Positions 44,461 through 48,496 of a DNA stretch of 48,496 nucleotides are shown here, one piece after another. The stretch is from Candidatus Saganbacteria bacterium (GTDB taxonomy: Bacteria; Margulisbacteria; WOR-1; O2-12-FULL-45-9): assembly GCA_013204645.1 (NCBI GenBank), contig JABMSE010000039.1, positions 1 through 48,496 on the forward strand, given 5' to 3'. Under the pieces are notes generated by a model. It made no database searches, was not told the DNA's origin, and saw only the letters and a program-made list of their open reading frames with translations. Numbering within the stretch: position 1 is the first letter of the stretch; every line of letters begins with the position of its first letter. Position numbers and translations under genes: made by a program.

Positions 44461-45407
44461 ATTTTGACCCGCAATCTCAACAATTTATATCTAATGTTGT
44501 TCCCCCTACCCTTGGCAAGATCAAATGCTTTTAATGAAGGGAAAATCCAGGTGCATAAATATCCAACAAAACACCTAAAACTCCTCCAATGCAACAATAA
44601 ATATTCTCTTGCTTTTACAACATTGCCCTCATTCCACGCTTCAAGAGCAAAATCATACTGGCAATTCGCCTTTAAACAACTAATTTCTTTTTCATAAGCA
44701 TCTTCAATCCCTGGTAATTCTTGGCACAAGCGATCTAAAATAATCATTGCCTCCCGAGAAAAAAGAAACCTGCAGCTAGCGGTATCGCCGGATCCCACTC
44801 TTCGTTTGGCCAAAGGAAGATCTACATAATCAAATTCATGATGATATGCACACCGCAATAAAACCTCATAATCCTCACTGGCACAAAAATTCTCATTTTC
44901 ATAAAGATAGGGGGGGGATTCAAGAAACTTTTTGCGATATACCAGCGTAGCGCTGGTTGTGAAATTTCCACGCAACATTTCAGCAAAAACCCTTCCTCTT
45001 TTGGGATTAACTATTTTAAAAGAGCTAAATAGAGGCCCGCTGTCATTAAAATAAATTGCATCACAAAAAACCACACTGACTCTTGGGTTTGATTCAAAAA
45101 GCGGGATTTGTCGCTCAAGTTTTTCAGGCAACCACAGATCATCCACATCTAAAATGGCAACATAATCCCCCCGCGCTTCGGAAAAAGCTTTATTTCTGGC
45201 GACCGTAATAGGAACTGTCTGCTCGCTCTTAAAATATTTGACTTTTTCTCCGTAACTTTTCGCTATTTTAGCACTTTTGTCTGTACTGCAATTATCCCAA
45301 AAAATAATCTCCCAATCCTTATAGGTTTGAGCAAAAACACTATCCAGTGCCTCCCTTAAATACTTTTCCCCATTAAAACAGTTCATTACTACGCTAACTT
45401 TAGACAT
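44457..45407 (-). CDS. Glycosyltransferase family 2
   Basis: VSVVMNCFNGEKYL, DNCSTD, ARNKA, LDVDDLWLPEKLE.Q, EDY. Start set at MSKV (45407), downstream of GGAGG and of TGATATAAT at 45445-45437. Confidence 0.9.
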   Translation of the reverse strand: MSKVSVVMNCFNGEKYLREALDSVFAQTYKDWEIIFWDNCSTDKSAKIAKSYGEKVKYFKSEQTVPITVARNKAFSEARGDYVAILDVDDLWLPEKLERQIPLFESNPRVSVVFCDAIYFNDSGPLFSSFKIVNPKRGRVFAEMLRGNFTTSATLVYRKKFLESPPYLYENENFCASEDYEVLLRCAYHHEFDYVDLPLAKRRVGSGDTASCRFLFSREAMIILDRLCQELPGIEDAYEKEISCLKANCQYDFALEAWNEGNVVKAREYLLLHWRSFRCFVGYLCTWIFPSLKAFDLAKGRGNNIRYKLLRLRVKI

Positions 45408-45495
45408 AATTATTAGAACCCCTCCAATTTTCATATATTATATCATAAAAATTGGTACTGTTCTCCTCTTTAAAAAACCAAAAAGTCTCTAGCTT

Positions 45496-46785
45496 CTAAT
45501 CTGGAGCCGCACAAATCTGCGCTTCTTTCTTCCCTTTTATTATTTCGCTCTTCTCTCCTTCGCATCTGCAAATTTCATTGGCTTTTAAAAACAAAAGTGT
45601 CGCCAACATCAGCACGTTTACATTCAAAACCATTGCCGCATGAAAAAGACAAACAACAGCCGTTAAAACTACCAGCGAATATACTCGCAATTGAGTGTTT
45701 TGAAACCTGTGGAGCGAGAAAATTGACCACAGCATTCTCTTATACAACAGATACGCCGGGACTATCCCATAAACCAAGATAATATTCATCAAATCCACAT
45801 GGGACGGCACTCCAGAAGGAGGAGACCACCTCCATCGGCCGATGAGGAAGGACAAAACCTGTCTTGGATCAGATAAAGAAAAGCCAAAAAAGGCATTGTA
45901 ATAGCGCGGATCGGCCAAAAGGGTAAGCATCCGTCGATAGACCCATGACATAACCTTATAGTTAGCTATCAGGCCCACAACGGCAACAATCAGCAATATG
46001 GGAACAACAAATTTCCTCTGCACAAATAACTCGTAAAATAAAATGGAAACAACAAAGGCGACAATAGCTGTAGTTGAAAAAGTTTGCACCAACAAAAAAA
46101 CCGAGACAGCCGCTAAGAGAAAATAAAGGATTTTTCTGCGCTCCCTAAATAAAACATAAAAAAACGTAGCGGTCATGGCTAAAATGGTCGGCATTACTAA
46201 TATATGCGCCAGATAACCCCCTGTACGTATGCCAACGGAATAGCGATAATCCTGGAAATGCGCCAAGGCTTTTGAATTTAGCATCAACAAATAGGAACCA
46301 ATTTGTGCGGTATTTGGAGCAGTAAATGGCAAGCCGAAATTAGCCGGTAATATAACCATGTTTTCGATTAACATATAACAGGTGGAAAAAAAGAAGAAAG
46401 AAAAAACCACCTTAAAAAAATACCTATTATTAATTTGAGAATATTTACTAAACAAAATTGGGAAGAAAAACAACAATAAAGTGTATTGGAGCATAGCCGT
46501 ATCACGCCGAAAAAGCGCCACCACCAAACCAAAGCAACCAAACACTAAAAGTATTTTGCCCAGCTTGGAAGGAGCCCGAATTTTATTGACCAAAATATTC
46601 AACAATAGAAAAGAAAAGGTGAAAAAAGCATAAACCGATATAAAAAAGGCCGAAAGATATCCTCCGGCTAAAAGAGATAACAAGAAAGCAACTACTCCCT
46701 TAAAAGGATAGAAAACCACTAGACAAAAAGATAGATGCAAGACTAATTGGGCAAATTTACTTTCTTTTCTAGATTTTAAATTCAT
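45496..46785 (-). CDS. Polytopic membrane protein, probable Wzy polymerase / O-antigen ligase-like
   Basis: About 10 hydrophobic segments, a loop R.GG motif and a late H (SHVD..N....YG), within a polysaccharide cluster. Confidence 0.6.
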   Translation of the reverse strand: MNLKSRKESKFAQLVLHLSFCLVVFYPFKGVVAFLLSLLAGGYLSAFFISVYAFFTFSFLLLNILVNKIRAPSKLGKILLVFGCFGLVVALFRRDTAMLQYTLLLFFFPILFSKYSQINNRYFFKVVFSFFFFSTCYMLIENMVILPANFGLPFTAPNTAQIGSYLLMLNSKALAHFQDYRYSVGIRTGGYLAHILVMPTILAMTATFFYVLFRERRKILYFLLAAVSVFLLVQTFSTTAIVAFVVSILFYELFVQRKFVVPILLIVAVVGLIANYKVMSWVYRRMLTLLADPRYYNAFFGFSLSDPRQVLSFLIGRWRWSPPSGVPSHVDLMNIILVYGIVPAYLLYKRMLWSIFSLHRFQNTQLRVYSLVVLTAVVCLFHAAMVLNVNVLMLATLLFLKANEICRCEGEKSEIIKGKKEAQICAAPD

Positions 46786-47576
46786 AGATATAATTTAGAT
46801 AAAGGGTCAGTTCTCATGTATTCTTCAACCTCTTTTAAATCAGTTGAGGTATCCACGCTATAAGTGTGAAATTTGGTTTTTACCATCTTGACCTTATACC
46901 CGTGCTCCAACACCCTTAACATGTCGATTGATTCGGCAATCTCAAGAGGGGTAGCAGCTAAATCATTAAACTTTATCAAGAAATCTCGGCGAAAAGGAAT
47001 AACACATACTTGCTTGAACATGGGAGCATTATTGACCCCTTTTTTTAAAGATGGTATCGGTTCTCTAGAAAAATAAAGGGCAAATCCTTGGGCGTCTACC
47101 ACTACTTTGATTTCATTTCGGTCTTCTGCTTCCTCTTGGCTTTTCAAAGGGGACATCAAATTAGAAACCAATATTTCACAATCTTCCAATAATGGTTTTA
47201 CTGCCTCATCAATCATCTGGGGGGGAAGCATGGGTTCATCCCCCTGAATCATTACCACCAGATCCATTTTTCGCTGAAGCTCTGCCTCAACCTTCTGCAA
47301 GCATTCTGCAGCACGATCTGAAGCCCGCTCATGAGTGTTAGAAGTCATAATAACTTTGCCGCCAATTAAATGAATATAATCGGCAATTTCTCGATCACAG
47401 GTAGCGACATAGACATCATTTAGTTTTTTGCTCATTTTACTTCTAAAATACACATGCCCCACCATGGGAACTCCCAGGATTTTTGCTAAAGGTTTTCCTG
47501 GAAAACGCGTTGAAGCCATGCGGGCCGGGATAATACCAATTATATGGGGGGCCTTTTTAGAATTTTCCATTCTCAA
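46782..47576 (-). CDS. kdsB: CMP-Kdo synthetase (3-deoxy-manno-octulosonate cytidylyltransferase) family
   Basis: IPARMASTRFPGKPL, QGDEP, KVVVD....ALYFSREPIP, LE.AESIDMLR.LEHG, SVDT. Confidence 0.88.
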   Translation of the reverse strand: MRMENSKKAPHIIGIIPARMASTRFPGKPLAKILGVPMVGHVYFRSKMSKKLNDVYVATCDREIADYIHLIGGKVIMTSNTHERASDRAAECLQKVEAELQRKMDLVVMIQGDEPMLPPQMIDEAVKPLLEDCEILVSNLMSPLKSQEEAEDRNEIKVVVDAQGFALYFSREPIPSLKKGVNNAPMFKQVCVIPFRRDFLIKFNDLAATPLEIAESIDMLRVLEHGYKVKMVKTKFHTYSVDTSTDLKEVEEYMRTDPLSKLYL

Positions 47577-48496
47577 GTCTCCCCTATTTTAATAATGGCC
47601 TTGGCAACTTTCCCCTCTTTTTGCTTGGCCCAAGCCAGTGCATAATCTTTGAGAGGAAAAATATCTCTGGCCAAACCTTCAAATTCAAGCGTGGAATGAT
47701 TTTTTATCGCCGCCAAAAAGTCTTCCCTTGAACTACCAAGCGAACCAATTAATGTTTTGTCAAAGCTTACAACCGACTCAAAATTAAAATCTAAACTTGC
47801 ATAGGGTAATCCCAAAAGGAGAAGCTTGGCCCCAGCTTTAGTCTCAGAAAGTGCCTGCTTTAAAACCTCAACTTGCCCGGTTGCTTCAACAATGTAATCA
47901 AAATCTCCCAATCCTCTAATTTGAGTGTTTCCTTTAATGCGCTTATTTTTTATGTTCGCAACTCTTAATTCATTCTTATCAAAGACTACTACGCTATGCC
48001 CTCTCCCACACATGATCTGGGCACACAAATTACCAATCGTGCCATAGCCTAGGATTGCCACTTTTTTAAATGTTCCGTTATCTCCAGCAACTAGTTTTCC
48101 AATCCCTTTAAGAGACACAGCCAAGGGTTCAATCAAACAAGCCAGAGAAAGTTGTGTGTGCGCTGGGAGGCAATGAACAAAACGCTCTGGCATCGTCAGA
48201 TATTTAGAATAGGCCCCATCAAAATTTAGAACCCCCAATTCTTTTCTTTGTTGACACCTAAGGGGCATATCCCTTAAGCAATAATCACATTCCCCACATC
48301 CTAAAATACACTCCCCAACCACTTTATCCCCGATCTTTAACCTCTCCACCCTGCTTCCTTTGGCAGCTACCACACCGGAAAATTCATGGCCCGGGACAAT
48401 AGGATATTTTGCCCAGCCGGACTTATAATAATCCAACCCCCCCGCCGCCACTTCTAAATCAGTTGAACAAACTCCAACATAACACACTCTTATCAA
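47573..48496 (-). CDS. Zn-dependent alcohol dehydrogenase (MDR family), 5'-truncated by window edge
   Basis: GVCSTD, PGHEFSG, CGECDYC....C, IEPLAV, ILGYGTIG. Confidence 0.88.
   Translation of the reverse strand: MIRVCYVGVCSTDLEVAAGGLDYYKSGWAKYPIVPGHEFSGVVAAKGSRVERLKIGDKVVGECILGCGECDYCLRDMPLRCQQRKELGVLNFDGAYSKYLTMPERFVHCLPAHTQLSLACLIEPLAVSLKGIGKLVAGDNGTFKKVAILGYGTIGNLCAQIMCGRGHSVVVFDKNELRVANIKNKRIKGNTQIRGLGDFDYIVEATGQVEVLKQALSETKAGAKLLLLGLPYASLDFNFESVVSFDKTLIGSLGSSREDFLAAIKNHSTLEFEGLARDIFPLKDYALAWAKQKEGKVAKAIIKIGET

Noticed and set aside
175-47076. Numerous 60-160 aa antisense or alternate-frame ORFs in the six-frame track
   Set aside because: They lie within longer, motif-supported genes and have no independent motifs; treated as shadow ORFs.

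Overview
Bacterial window with three parts. (1) 1-11570 (+): a tightly coupled tandem array of at least 12 paralogous ORFs, running in from the left edge. They share a ~50-65 aa N-terminal leader (M-x-x-x-KLIAF[NDE]...LP...RxAG[VILF]) fused to interchangeable C-terminal cargo: an FGE-sulfatase/C-type-lectin-fold domain, two WD40-like propellers, HEAT-like repeats and at least two unrecognised modules reused in different combinations. Eight of 11 junctions are the same 8-bp start/stop overlap. This is the best candidate for an undescribed system, most plausibly a leader-tagged secreted, packaged or scaffold-docked protein repertoire. (2) 11689-23588: coaE, a probable T9SS-like/outer-membrane trio (beta-barrel, YPNPF/FlgD-Ig CTD protein, PorV-like-SLH fusion), comEC/comEA, a lytic transglycosylase, pnp, rpsO and a VanZ-like gene, with small palindromic and heptamer repeats and several promoter-like motifs, some implying leaderless mRNAs. 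(3) 23598-48496 (-): a large surface polysaccharide cluster with export (SLBB), Wzz, glycosyltransferases, a Wzy-like protein, heptose activation enzymes, several methyltransferases, a carbamoyltransferase, an AsnB-type amidotransferase and KdsB. The PorV-like/SLH/FlgD-CTD combination suggests a diderm candidate-phylum organism such as Margulisbacteria/Saganbacteria (inference only). All product calls come from motif recognition by eye; no database searches were run.
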